Positions 38,183 through 49,239 of a DNA stretch of 64,000 bases are shown here, piece after piece; the first letter of the stretch is position 1; each line of letters starts with the position of its first letter. The stretch comes from Lama guanicoe (Eukaryota), in NCBI GenBank assembly GCA_013239625.1, contig MU056050.1:6403715-6467714 (forward strand). The letters are read 5' to 3'. The notes under the pieces are model-generated. The model made no database searches, was not told where the DNA came from, and saw only the letters and a program-made list of their open reading frames with translations. The translations under genes and the position numbers were made by a program.

Positions 38183-38571
38183 ATAAAGACATATTTACAC
38201 TGAACAATCTTTACAAACACAGTGAACACAGTTACGGGAAGGGGACGATTTTGTAATGGAAAGGGCCTTAATATCTTTGTATAAATTAGTATAAGAATCA
38301 TAAACAACCACTTTAAATAAGACAGCCCCTGAGCACCTCCTCTGCCCCAATCCGCCGCCCTGTGTCTCCAGACTTGCCCAGCCATCCCTCCCCTTCTCCC
38401 CCACCCTCCCCGTGGGGCTGGGCAGCTGGTATCAGCGGCAGGAGATGGGGGCGTGGGGGGGGGGGNNNNNNNNNNNNNNNNNNNNNNNNNNNNNNNNNNN
38501 NNNNNNNNNNNNNTGGGCTGTGGCACTTGGGGGTGGCGGGTGCCCAGCCTGGCTCCCCAGGGTGAGCTTTG

Positions 38572-38572
<1 letters not shown>

Positions 38573-38606
<34 letters not shown>

Positions 38607-38619
38607 TTAGCAGCAGCGG
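38573..38619. repeat. (CAG)10-CGTTAG-(CAG)2 trinucleotide repeat (CUG on APLN mRNA)
   Basis: Directly visible; lies within exon 3. Confidence 0.95.
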
Positions 38620-40863
38620 AGGGAAGGGGGTGCAGCAGGTAGGCAAATGGGGTTGTTGTGGGACTTGGGGGGCCCTGACTCCCCCTGATCCCACCCATGC
38701 ATAGGTCGTCAGGCTTTTGTCTTCCCTTTTCTCCTTCCCAGGAGGCCTCTGAGAAGAAAGTCGGCTCAAACTTACACTTCCTCCCATCTTTCCTTCCTCC
38801 TTCCCTTCTCTCCCTCCCTTCTTCTTCCCCCACCCCCTCCCCAAGGAAAGGCCGCTGGGAGAGAAGGTCTGGTTAACACAAAGGGAAAGCTGTTGAGTCC
38901 AACTGGTTAAGGCCACCACCTGACTCCTGGAAACCAGTGTTGGGGTTGCAAAGGTAGTCTCGGTGCCTGAGCTGCCACTGTGGCAGTACCCAGGGTCTGC
39001 CCGCGTTTCAGGAATGGGGGCCATGGGCAGTTAGGGAACTTTCTAGGCCAGGTTGGAAAATGGACCAGTGGGGGCTGGCCAGGGAGGAGGGAGCAGCTCC
39101 ATCCCCGCAACACCAGGGGGCAGTTCAAAGTCGGCTTGCCCCTCCCTTCCTAGCCACCCCCAGTCCCAACCCCAGGAAAAGGCACTTAATGGGTTTGGAA
39201 AAGGCATCATTGAGAAGGAAGAGGACATCACCAAGTGGGAGTTGGAGCCCTGGGCCCTCATCCTGGCTCTGTGGGGACACTGAGCGGGTCACCATCCCTC
39301 TCCAGGCCCCTGAGTTCGTTTGCAGGAGTTTGCATAAGGAGGTGGAGCTAAGTGATCTCCAAGGTTCCTTTTGGCTCTGATTGGCTGTGATTCTTGGCAA
39401 AAACAATCATCCTGCTTGGCTTTTGCTCCTGGGATGGTATAGAGCCACCTCAGGCCCAGTACCCTCCCCTCCTGAGCTGGAGCTTGAACTAGCTGGGGCG
39501 GGGGTGGGGGAATGGGAGTGAGTGGGAGGGACTGTTAGGGGACACAGAGAGGTGAGAGAAGTGACAGTGTACTCCATGGCCCCGCTCCTCGCCTCTTCCT
39601 TACTGGGGCCAAACACGAGGATGAGGAAGAGGCCACAGTAGCTATTCCTCCACTCCTCCAATGCTTCACCTGCCTTTTGCCGGTGGAGTACCAACGCCCC
39701 CTTGCAATGCCCTCCAAGGCACCCTGTCAGCATCCCAATGCCCCAGTCCCTCTCACTGGAGTCTCCCATGGATCGGCTCTCCATTCCCCTCTGCAGGTCA
39801 GGGGAAGGGGTCTGCTGGAGCCCGTTGAAGGAAGGAGGTTCCACCCAGCCCCCATGGCAGACCTGAGGAAGGAAGGGCCAAGAGAAGGGTTCCGTGTTAG
39901 GGTGTTCGCTGGAAGCGGTAGGGACTAGAGCAGGGGAGGGCCGGGGAGAAGGACAGCCTTCCAGTGCAGGGTCTCCCAAGTCAGGAAGAGGGGCTGAAGG
40001 GATCCTTGAGCTTGAGAAGGGGAATCGTCAGAACTAGGGGCAGGACACGCCCTTCAGGGAGGCTGGTGGGGAAGGAGAGCCGGGACCATCAGCTGTTAAG
40101 ACGTGCGCCAGCCAAGTGGCAGATGTGAGGGCTCCAGAGAAGCAGATGGATCTACGGATCTACGGAGCAGAGAGAATCGCAGAGGGTGGGCATGTGGGGT
40201 CCCTTCAGTCCTAAAGAGAGAAAAATGACCAGAGAGGAGTCACTGACATGTCCTAGGTCAAAGGAACCACCTGGGATGGGAGACGAGATCGCCTTCATCC
40301 CCCCCCCAACAAGCCTGAACCTAAAGCCGGAGACCGCTGAGTTGGTGCTGCCCTGTCCTGGCGACAGGATGAAGGACAGCAGGCCAGGCCTCGGGGACAG
40401 GCTCAGGCCCTGCTATTTTGCGGCCACCTTGGATTTTTCTGTTCCTGTTCCCCACCGGAGGCCACCCCCAAGGCCCTCTGCCTCCCTCCCTTGTCTGTGA
40501 GGATCCACACTGCGCACCTTGTACACAGACCCTCGGGCACCCCTCCCCACTTCATCAAGGCCTCCCAGGACTTCCAGAACTTTCCAATGGGGCCAGCCTG
40601 CCCAACCCCAGGCAGCAAGGTGGAAGACAGCCAGCATCCAACTCCTGGGGAGTCAGGAGATGGGCCCTGTGTGTCAATCCCCTCTCTGGGCCTCGCTGCA
40701 GGGGCCAAACGGATGCTCAGGAAGCCCCCATGTTGTGTGTGGGGTCGAGACTGCCTGGTGCCAGTGTCTGGCCAGTGATAAGCAGCAGGGCCACACAGCT
40801 TCCAGGCCATTCCTCCCCTGCCCCTTTTGTGCCGCCCACCAACCTGAGGCCCAAGTACCTGCT

Positions 40864-41030
40864 TCAAAAAGGCATGGGGCCTTTATGGGAGAGGCGCGGC
40901 CGCTGGCGGCGGAACTTCCTCCGACCTCCCTGCCAGGGCCCTGCTCCGCTCCTCGGCCCTCTGGGCTGCACCAGGTGGCGGATGTTGGCTTCCTCCACTC
41001 CTTTCCCATCAGAAGTCTGCAGCAGGGGAC
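40864..41030 (-). CDS. APLN: Apelin preproprotein, coding exon 2 (apelin-55/36/17/13)
   Basis: Acceptor ttcctgcag|GT; translates (G)PLLQTSDGKGVEEANIRHLVQPRGPRSGAGPWQGGRRKFRRQRPRLSHKGPMPF*. It contains the invariant apelin-13 QRPRLSHKGPMPF (40867-40905). 67+167 nt = 234 nt = 77 aa plus stop, the known preproapelin length. The exon continues 5 nt past TGA to donor AG|GTACTT (exon end 40859). Confidence 0.99.
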
Positions 41031-44000
41031 CTGCAGGAATGAGAAAGCCCGTCATCCCGAAAGGCTGATGCAGACAGGCCAGGGGCCCTGGGAGTTGGGG
41101 GGTGGGAGCCCGGGGTCGGGGTGGGGGTGGGGGTCAGAATGTCTCCATAAGGTGGCGCTCTCAGAGTTTGTCTTGTCTTCCAACCAATGAACCATTTGCC
41201 ATGTTTATGCTGTCCTGGGGCAAATGGAACTAACATCTTGCAAATTATACAGCTGGCTTTCTGTCCTTTTGACAGTCTCTCTCATGTTTCCAACAGGCGC
41301 AAACATGCTCTGTGTTTAGAACATCACTGAGGTAGGGGTGAGTTTGGGGCATTTTGCCTGTACGCGGCTGGGGCACAGCAAACAATAACCCCGCATTGCA
41401 CCCTTGCAACTGATACACTTCAAACATAGAATATTTCAATGAAATGAACCCTACACCACCACCACCACGTGCCCATCACCCAGATTCAACAGTTATCCAG
41501 ATGGAGTTACATATGCTTTAGTTCGCCCATTTCTTTCTTTGTGGAAGTATCTGAAAGCAAATCTGGAACATCATGTCATTGTACTCCTACATCCTTTGAT
41601 ATGCAAGTCCTAGAGATCTCATACCTCACTCCTGGGCATCTGTCTCATCAGTGCTCAGCCATCTCGAGGCTCACTTGCTCCTGTGGCCTCCCTGTGGGTG
41701 TGGCTGGGGGCTGGGGAGGTAAGGGGGTGTCTGTGACTCTGTGTGCCTTATGGTGGGTTCTATTCAGCCTGTGACTAGATTTGGAGGCCAATGAATATTG
41801 CATGAATGAATGAGAATACAGAAGAGTGAACGGTCACCTGAAGCAGCAAGTGTATAGGGAGGGGACTGGGCTGCTATTGTTGGTACCCTCTTTGCCCTAC
41901 CTCCTTTCATCCCCAGATCATACCCTCATCTTGTGTCTCATGCAAATTCCCTTCATTCCAATCCCAGCTGGCTTCTTTTCTGCTCTAGGGGGCCCCTCTC
42001 TACATCTGTTCACATCTGGTTTAGAGTAGAAGCCTCCTGATGCCAGATCAAGCCCTGCCGACAGAATCCAAGTGGTGCTGGGTGTTTTGGGGTGCGATGA
42101 GGGACAAGGCATGGGGGCAGCCTCTCGTGGAGGCTGCAGTCCAGCCAGAGCAAGCGAGCTGGCACTCCACAGACAAGCCGAGCCGTCGGAGGCAGGCAGA
42201 GCTGGGAGAGGCGATGGAGGTGGGCAAGAGGCCGCCTGGCAGAGTGCCTGTGCCATGCCCCAGACAGGGCTGGTCTGCAGAAATACAGCTTCGGAGGCCA
42301 GTGATCATGAATTCCTGTCTCCCTCTCCTCGCACCATCGGATTCACCTTCAGCTGTATCCCTGTCTCTTGAGACCTGTTTCCATCCATCTGGGAATCTCC
42401 ACTACCAGCTCACAGTTTCCATATAACCACTCACTGGCTGCTAGCCCCCCAATTATACCCTTGACAGCTCTACCTTTCCTTCCTCCCTGCTTCCAGAATC
42501 CCATGCACCCTTTCCTTCCTTGGCTATTTGGCGCTCGTGATTCCTCCTTCACTAGCACACAATTTCCAGGCATTTATCCTCCTCGTGCGCCAAAAGCAGG
42601 CAGGTTTGTCCTCAGGGCCCACCCTGCCCAGGCCCCTGGGGCTTGCTGCTCTCCACTCTCAGACATGCCCACGCACACTCTAGCCCTCTGCCCTCTTCCC
42701 TCCCGGAGAGAAGTCACAGGCCTGTTAGACCCTCTCAGTTTACCAACCACCCTTCAGGCTTCTGCTCTGTTCAGGGTTAATGTGTCAACTCCTCCCCTAA
42801 TCCCATCACCTAATGAGAATGAAAACACAAATTTTATTCACCCTTTGGGGCAGTAGTACAGCGAGGGGCAAAGAGGCTGCTTCAGTCCATCCTTCATAGG
42901 ACTACTCCCTGGGTGCCACCTGCAAAGGGGCTGGGCCAGGGAGGGAGAGGAGGGAAGCCCCCTCACTAAGCCCCCACCCCAGCTGCTTCAGCTTCTGCCT
43001 TCTGTTTTTGGAGTCCCTTCAAGGCTGTCCTGCCCTCTGAGAGAGGATAGGAATGATGCTGATGAGGAGTTTGGACCAGAGAAACTCTCAGGGTGAAAAA
43101 GATTGTGCTGAGGGTGTGGCCAGGAATAGGAGAGGACCACAAGGACCTTGAAGGTGTCAGTGAGGCCTTGGTTCTTGCGTCCATGACCTCGACTACTGGT
43201 GGAGGGGTTGGCCAATGGTACAGGCTAGGCCCCCAGGGTACAGTGGGTATGGAGAAGTGAGGCACAGTGCCCAGATGGGGAGGGTATCATCTCCAAATTC
43301 TCAGCATCCAGGACTGTGAGTGGTGGTGGCAGTCGGGGGGGGGTGGGCTNNNNNNNNNNNNNNNNNNNGGGTGGGCTGGGGTAAAGGTCCCTAAGAGTCG
43401 GGGAGGCCCAGAGCCAGGATGAGGAATATGGCTGGTGGGCTCACACTCCAGCCAGGGAGACACTGAGACTCTAGGCCTGCAGAGAAGAACTCTGTAAGCT
43501 GACCGAGCTCTCAGTCAGGCCCTGGAGAGCAGTCACCCAGCAGCCCCTAGCATCTTGCATCCCTTTGGGTAGGGGGCTCACTGTCCTCGTAGCCGGAAGT
43601 CTGCTGTTCCTCCCCTACCCTGATCCCATCGCCCACCTGTTTCCTACTTTTGATTTGGAGTCTGGCTCATCCTAAGATAAGCTGACACCTGAAACCCTGG
43701 CTTTATCCTGTCTAAAGGGACAAATCAGAGGCTTTTGATTCTCATCACTGTGAAGGTCCCGGCTATAAAAAAGAATTCCCCTATAGGAACTGGGGCCATC
43801 CCCAGTGGACTTAAATATCTTCCTCTAACTCATCTGCTACTTAAAGGAAGGCTGGGGCAGTCCCACATAGAGTCTCAAGCCTAGAGAGACCAAAGCGCTA
43901 TCAGCAATGAAGGTACAGCACCTCCACTGCAAACCACAGTCAGGGGTAAACAGGGTTTGCTTTTTATGCAGTGTGAGCCCTGCCGGTGCACAGAGAGGTG

Positions 44001-46348
44001 TGTGCCACTTTTCAGGAACATGCCGTCCTCACTCAAAATGAAGCATCTTTTTTTTCTCGCTGTTCCACCTGTCTTGTGATGGCTTTAAAAGTCTACACAA
44101 GTGCCCTGGTGGCACTGGCTATGTCCCCTCCACTGCTCTGGGGTTCTGCACATGTCTCAAGGATAAGGTCCCCCTCCTTTGTCTGCCCAGCCCCCGGGCC
44201 AGTGCCCTGAACTGTCTTCCCATGCCAGCTGTGCTGCTACCATGGACACATCATACCCTGGCAGCCCGGTCCTCCGCTTCACCTGCATTAGTCCTTGGCT
44301 GCTGAGAGGCCCAACTCAGGTTTCCTGGGTGCTTAGTGCTTAGGGGCTGGGGATGGAGTGGAGATGCCCCCTCCGTGAGACAGAGGGGCACAGGAGGCTG
44401 TCCCCACGCTATCACGGTGACTGCAGGCCTTAGCTCAGACTAGGGAGGGGAGAAGGAGGAGGATACAAAGAGAAAGAGAGGTGGAGGTGCTCAAAGACCA
44501 AGGGCTACTTGGCCCTGGCCCAGCAGCTCTCAGACTCAGAAGAGCAAAGTGTATCCCAGGTCAGGAGGCAGCGGAGGAGTCTGTGTGTGTTGGTGGGGGT
44601 GCATTCCAAGTCAGGACAGAGTGTGTTGTGGAGCAAGCATGGGTTTCAGGCCTGGAACTTTGACTGGGGACTCTGGCTAGAGAGAGCACGCAAGTCTGGG
44701 CCAAGGGCAAGGTGGTTCAGAAGAGGCCCCTTTCTCTGACCCAAGACAGGAGGCAGGAGGAACAGGATATGTGTCTCTGGACCCTGGGCTGGTGGCCACC
44801 TGTACGGAGGTGACCCCCTCAGCTCTAGGAGAGGACAGGGGGTGAAGAGGCAGGCAGAGCTTTGGAAGATTCCAGTGCTAGGCTGAAACAAAATGTGAGG
44901 GCCACGAATTGACCCAAATCAGGCTGTGGAAATAGGTGACCTGATGAAGAAGGGTCAAGTGAAGCGGGAAGGGGCAGGGTCTGGGTCAGATGCAGCATTT
45001 CCCTCCTCCTAAAACCAGCTGTCCCTTTACCAGTACTGCCCAAGCAGCTGGACTCTGGAAGGGTCCGAGTGGTGGTCCCAGTTAGCCAAGGGTCTTCCCA
45101 CAGCCTATGGAGGGGGCACCACGTGGGCCAATCAGGAAGGCCCAGCTTCCTCTGGGATGCCCTCTCTGCACGCACTCCCTTTTCCCTGGAGGGACCATCT
45201 CAGACTGCCAGCAGTGGTGTCCCGTGGGTGTCTGGTCTTGCCAACTGCACTGGAGGGCAGGCTCCTGGAGGGCATGCCCCAAGCAGTGTCCTTCATTCAT
45301 ATGTTTTGCTCTCTTTCTGCCATTGCCTGCCTGACAGGAGTTTCTGAGAGAAAAGCCTGCTCCCTTCTTACCAAGGAGGTGGTGGACCCCAGGTTTGGGC
45401 CCTGAAGAGAAAACCCACTGGACAGCCAGCTGAAGGCAGGGCGTGCTGGATCCAACCAATTCGCCTTTGTGGGAACCCAGGCAGGGCTCCCAGGGCCAGG
45501 GCAATGCCAAAAGGCGAGAACAGACAAAGGAGGTGACATACAAAGTCAGAAGTGGAGCCTTGCCAGGCCCCTCAGAGGCTCCAGGGCTACAGGACATCCT
45601 CCTGTCCTAGAGGGTCTGGAACCAAGGAGGGCCCTGGGCTCTTCCTCGGGGAAACCTGCAGCCCTGCTCTCTCCTTCCCCTGGTTCCCACCCCCCTGCGA
45701 CTCCAGCCCTGGCACTGGCATTAGTCCACCTGGTCTTGGCCTTCCTATTCTGTGGTGCCAGCCAGGCAGCAGTAACAGACAGATCACAGGACTGTGGCAG
45801 CTGGAGGTGGGAGCTGGCGGCCCCAGGAGACACTGACACACAGAGGACAGGCAGCCCGGGTTGGGGTGGCTGGGGCGTGAGTGCAGACCAGGCTTGGGGA
45901 GGGCAAGGGAGCACCAGTGCCAAGTATGCCAGGTAGGGGTGTGGCACAGGTGGGGGCGAAAGGACGCCCCCCCCCGCCCCTCCCCACCCGCTCCCCCGAT
46001 TTGCATGGAGGTATCAGGTCAAGCGCTATTTCCTGGTTTGGTGCCTGGAGTGAGGGGGGACGGGGGACCGAGGTGAAGCATGCCCGTGCCTGGGGCAGAG
46101 GGGAGGCCGCAGCCAGGATCTCGAAGAACCGAATCCCTGGGGTGCGACGGAGGCCGCAGGGAGAGCCTTCTGTGTGAGAGAAGGAGAGCAGACCAGCCAG
46201 GACGTAAGGTTAAGGGAGGAGACCAGCCTGGCCCGGCCCGGCCCGGCCCAGGGGAGGCTGCCTCTGCTCACATGCAGGCTGAAAGGAGCAACAGCTGGTC
46301 TCCACGCCGCCGCCCCCGCCGCGCGCTCGCTGCTGCCTATGCAACAAG

Positions 46349-46359
46349 TGTCACGTCTG
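46349..46359 (-). promoter_or_regulatory. Hypoxia-response element (HIF, RCGTG) in APLN intron 1
   Basis: CAGACGTGACA on the minus strand, ~0.5 kb into intron 1. APLN is an established HIF-1 target through an intron-1 HRE. Confidence 0.7.
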
Positions 46360-46874
46360 CATCTTGGCACATCATCCCCAGTGGCCCGCGCCCCCGAACC
46401 CGTGGGAGGCCCCTAACCTTCAGGGGCCAGAAAACCTTCAACGCGGGAACTCAGCCCCCTCCCCACTGGGGCTCAGGTCAGTTCCCTCCAATGATCCATG
46501 AGGGGAGCGGAACGGGCCCCCACCAACATGCCCTCCACCACATGGGGTGCGGGGCGCGGGTCACGGGGCCCACGCCTGCGGCCCTGAGCTCCTCGGACCG
46601 CGAGGGGCGGCCAGGAGGGGCCAGGCGCCGGGCGGGTGATGCCCGAGGCCGAGCCGAGACCCCCCGAGAGAGCGGTGCCCGCGGCCGGCTGGTCCCCGGC
46701 CCCGGGCGCCCTGTCAGTCGGCGGCCCGGCGCGTGGCGGCTCCAGCGCGGCTCGCGCCCGGCTCCCGGGAGGCGGAGAGCGCGCGACGGTCGGGGCGGAG
46801 GGCGGGGAGGGCGCCGGCGGCAGCCCGGGAGAGCGGCGAGCTGGGCGCGGGCGAGCGGGAGGGCGCGCACTCAC

Positions 46875-46938
46875 CTCCACACACCGCGCTCAGGGCCCGC
46901 CAGAGCAGCAGGAGCGCCTGCACGCAGAGCCGCAGATT
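46875..46938 (-). CDS. APLN: Apelin preproprotein, coding exon 1 (signal peptide). The ATG is expected at 46939-46941, inside the N-gap.
   Basis: Minus strand reads AAT CTG CGG CTC TGC GTG CAG GCG CTC CTG CTG CTC TGG CGG GCC CTG AGC GCG GTG TGT GGA G|GTGAGT = NLRLCVQALLLLWRALSAVCG. This matches the mammalian apelin signal peptide (M)NLRLCVQALLLLW..L.AVCG. Canonical donor at 46874-46869, phase 1. Confidence 0.96.
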
Positions 46939-47024
46939 NNNNNNNNNNNNNNNNNNNNNNNNNNNNNNNNNNNNNNNNNNNNNNNNNNNNNNNNNNNNNN
47001 NNNNNNNNNNNNNNNNNNNNNNNN
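46939..47024. other. Assembly gap covering the APLN start codon (other gaps at 38466-38513 and 43350-43368)
   Basis: Runs of N, each bordered by G-rich sequence. Confidence 1.
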
Positions 47025-47294
47025 GGTGGGGGCGGAGAGGCCGGGAGCCCGGAGGCCGAGGGAGGCGCGAGCCGCGGCTCGTGCGGGCGGGCGCGGAGCT
47101 CGCGTGGCTCCCGGGAGGCGAGGCGGTGCGCCCCAAGCCGCGCTGCAGGCTGGCGGGCCGCCGCCTGCCCTCTCCCGCGGCCTCCCTCTCCCGCCGCGGG
47201 GCAGCGCCGCCCAGCTGGCCGTGGCGGCTCCGGGGGCGGCGGCGGCAAGCTCTTTCCAAGGGGCTGGCTGCTCGGCTGCGGCTCCAGCGGCCCG

Positions 47295-47387
47295 TGACTC
47301 AGGCTGCCAGCGAGAGTGCGCCCCGCTCTCTCCGGGGGCTGCATTTTGTAGCCTGTAGCTTGGCCGAGAGCCCACTTGGTCATGTGG
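47295..47387 (-). promoter_or_regulatory. APLN: APLN core promoter: USF-type E-box, TATA-like box, Inr-like site, AP-1 site
   Basis: GTCATGTGG (E-box CATGTG, 47381-47386). TACAAAA on minus at 47350-47344, with Inr-like GCACTCT about 33 nt downstream (putative +1 near 47317). TGACTCA at 47295-47301. The TSS is inferred from spacing only. Confidence 0.65.
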
Positions 47388-49239
47388 TCATCGGGAGGGC
47401 TGGAGGGGGGGCCAGGAAGAGGGAGAGGGAGCGAGCCTCCCGCGCCGCCCCCCTCCCGGCACGCACTCGGCAGCCCCAGCCAGGGCGCGAGAGGGAACCT
47501 CGAGGTGGCCCCACAACAAAGGCTGCGAGGCCGCTCTGACAGCCCACAACTGCTCCCCGGACAATGCCCGCCTGGCCAGGGGCCAGAGGGTTTTGGAGAC
47601 CTAAAGGGTTTCAAACACAGGAAGCATTTGGGGCGGTGGAGGGGCACACTTCACCCTTTGTCACCTCGCTTCCTTAACAGCCTTCGAGAAACATGGGCGC
47701 TGCCCCCACTCACCCCATCTACTTCTGACTCGGTCCTTCCCCACCGCTGCGCTGCTGTAAAGGACTTAGCCAAACCCTTATACACTGGCCCTCCTCTCTC
47801 TGCTACATGTTCAACTGGACTTGAATTGTGCCCAAGCCTGCCTACTTGCCCGGCGCCCCATTTCTCCTACCATCCCCCCCCAGGAGGCACCCTCTACCTG
47901 GAATGCCCCTACCCCAACCTTCAGCTGAGTCTTCCTTCTTACAGCAGCACCTCCAATCCAATCTCATCTAGAAGACTTGCCAGGATAACAGTAATCCAGC
48001 AGAGGCTGCCCCTGGATTCCTCCTTGCTGGTGGGACATGCAACAGCCCCTATGGCGTTCCCTCTCTTGTTTCCCTATCATCATGACAAGGGGCCATTTGC
48101 CTAACTCCAAACAGTCTAGGCTGGATTCATTTTGCATGTATTTGGGATTCCCCTTTGTAAGTGGGTCCTGAAGTTGTTTGCTCTCCCAGATGGACTGTCA
48201 GCTCCTACAGCCTGGGAGATCCCAAGAGAAGGGACTGCCTCTTTCACTGTGCTGGGAACCCCCGAAGATAGGACCTTGTATTCTCATTCTTCAGCATCTC
48301 TCTAAAGTCCCCAATATCGGGCTCTGCACATAGGTGGCACTCAACACATGTTAAAAGACCAAATCAGAAGGTGTTTCCACATTTCAGCCAGCCAGGCTGT
48401 TTGCCTGAAGTGCAAGTCCAGATTTACACGAAAAATACATTGGACAGTGTGTATGTGTGCCAGTGAAGGTGTGAGAGACCACAGTAGATTCAACATATTT
48501 TTGAAACGTTAAAACAATCTAGTATGTGCACAATTTTCTATCAGTCTCCCTCCACCGTAATTGTCAGCTCCATAGCAAGGGTCTCTGCTTTGTTCACAAC
48601 TATCTCCCCAGACCTAGAACAATGCCTGGGACATGCTTGGTACTCCCTACACAATTTTGAATACATAAATGAACCTTTCAGAACGATTTCTATTGCCTAA
48701 ATCAAGGTAATGGAAAAGGAATAAAACAGGGTTCTTGTTCAGAACCTGTGACGCTGTTAGCCCCAGTCCAGTAGGAAACAGGCAGAGACAGGTGAAGCAG
48801 AGCATCTCTCTTCATCTGTGAGGCCCAGGTGGGGAGCAGTGGGCATTGGTAGCGTGAGATCATTTCCCCTGTGCTGCCTCCTGGAAAGAGCCTTCCACCC
48901 AGGAAGAGAAACACCAGACCTCTAGTCTCTACCCTTATCGGCTGTAGGGCCTTGCTCTTGTCACCTAAGTCTACCGGATCTCCTGGGGATGATCATCTCC
49001 GCACTACCCGCTTCAAGGTTCTTATGGGATTGAATGAGATCATGTACCTGAAGGCACTGTGCAAATCCAGGAATCAACTCTTGCAGGATGGTTTTTAGGA
49101 ACCATGATCCCCCAACCCTGATTGAACCAGCCCGTGTGTTTGCAGATGAGAGCCCCTGTAGCTAGGTTTATTAACCAGCGTTCGCATTTAATTGCTCCTT
49201 TACTAGGGTGAGTATGGGCTATTTGCTACATGGTTGGGG

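Larger units (their letters stand above)
37695..40210 (-). other. APLN: APLN exon 3 (non-coding, long 3'UTR)
   Basis: Acceptor ctctctttag|GACTGAAGGG at 40211/40210 resembles the start of human exon 3 as I recall it. AATAAA on the minus strand at 38177-38182 and 37715-37720, the latter followed by U/GU-rich sequence. The 3' end is approximate. Confidence 0.85.
46290..47545. promoter_or_regulatory. APLN: CpG island over the APLN promoter, exon 1 and 5' intron 1
   Basis: Very high GC and CpG density compared with the CpG-depleted flanks; surrounds coding exon 1. Confidence 0.92.

Noticed and set aside
38014..39024. 336-aa sense-strand ORF in the APLN 3'UTR with a poly-Leu stretch
   Set aside because: Its continuity depends on an N-gap of uncertain length, the poly-Leu is simply the CTG repeat, and it has no recognisable homology.
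41031..41055. Apparent N-terminus MTGFLIPA of the 63-aa apelin ORF
   Set aside because: Intronic read-through of the polypyrimidine tract and acceptor. The true N-terminus is spliced from exon 1.
46080..47647. Several long overlapping Arg/Gly/Pro/Ala-rich ORFs (up to 405 aa) on both strands
   Set aside because: Expected from stop-codon scarcity in a CpG island, and most span the N-gap. Only the apelin signal-peptide segment is real.
47376..48104. 242-aa divergent ORF upstream of APLN
   Set aside because: Low-complexity, runs into L2-like decayed repeat sequence, with no domain or splice support.
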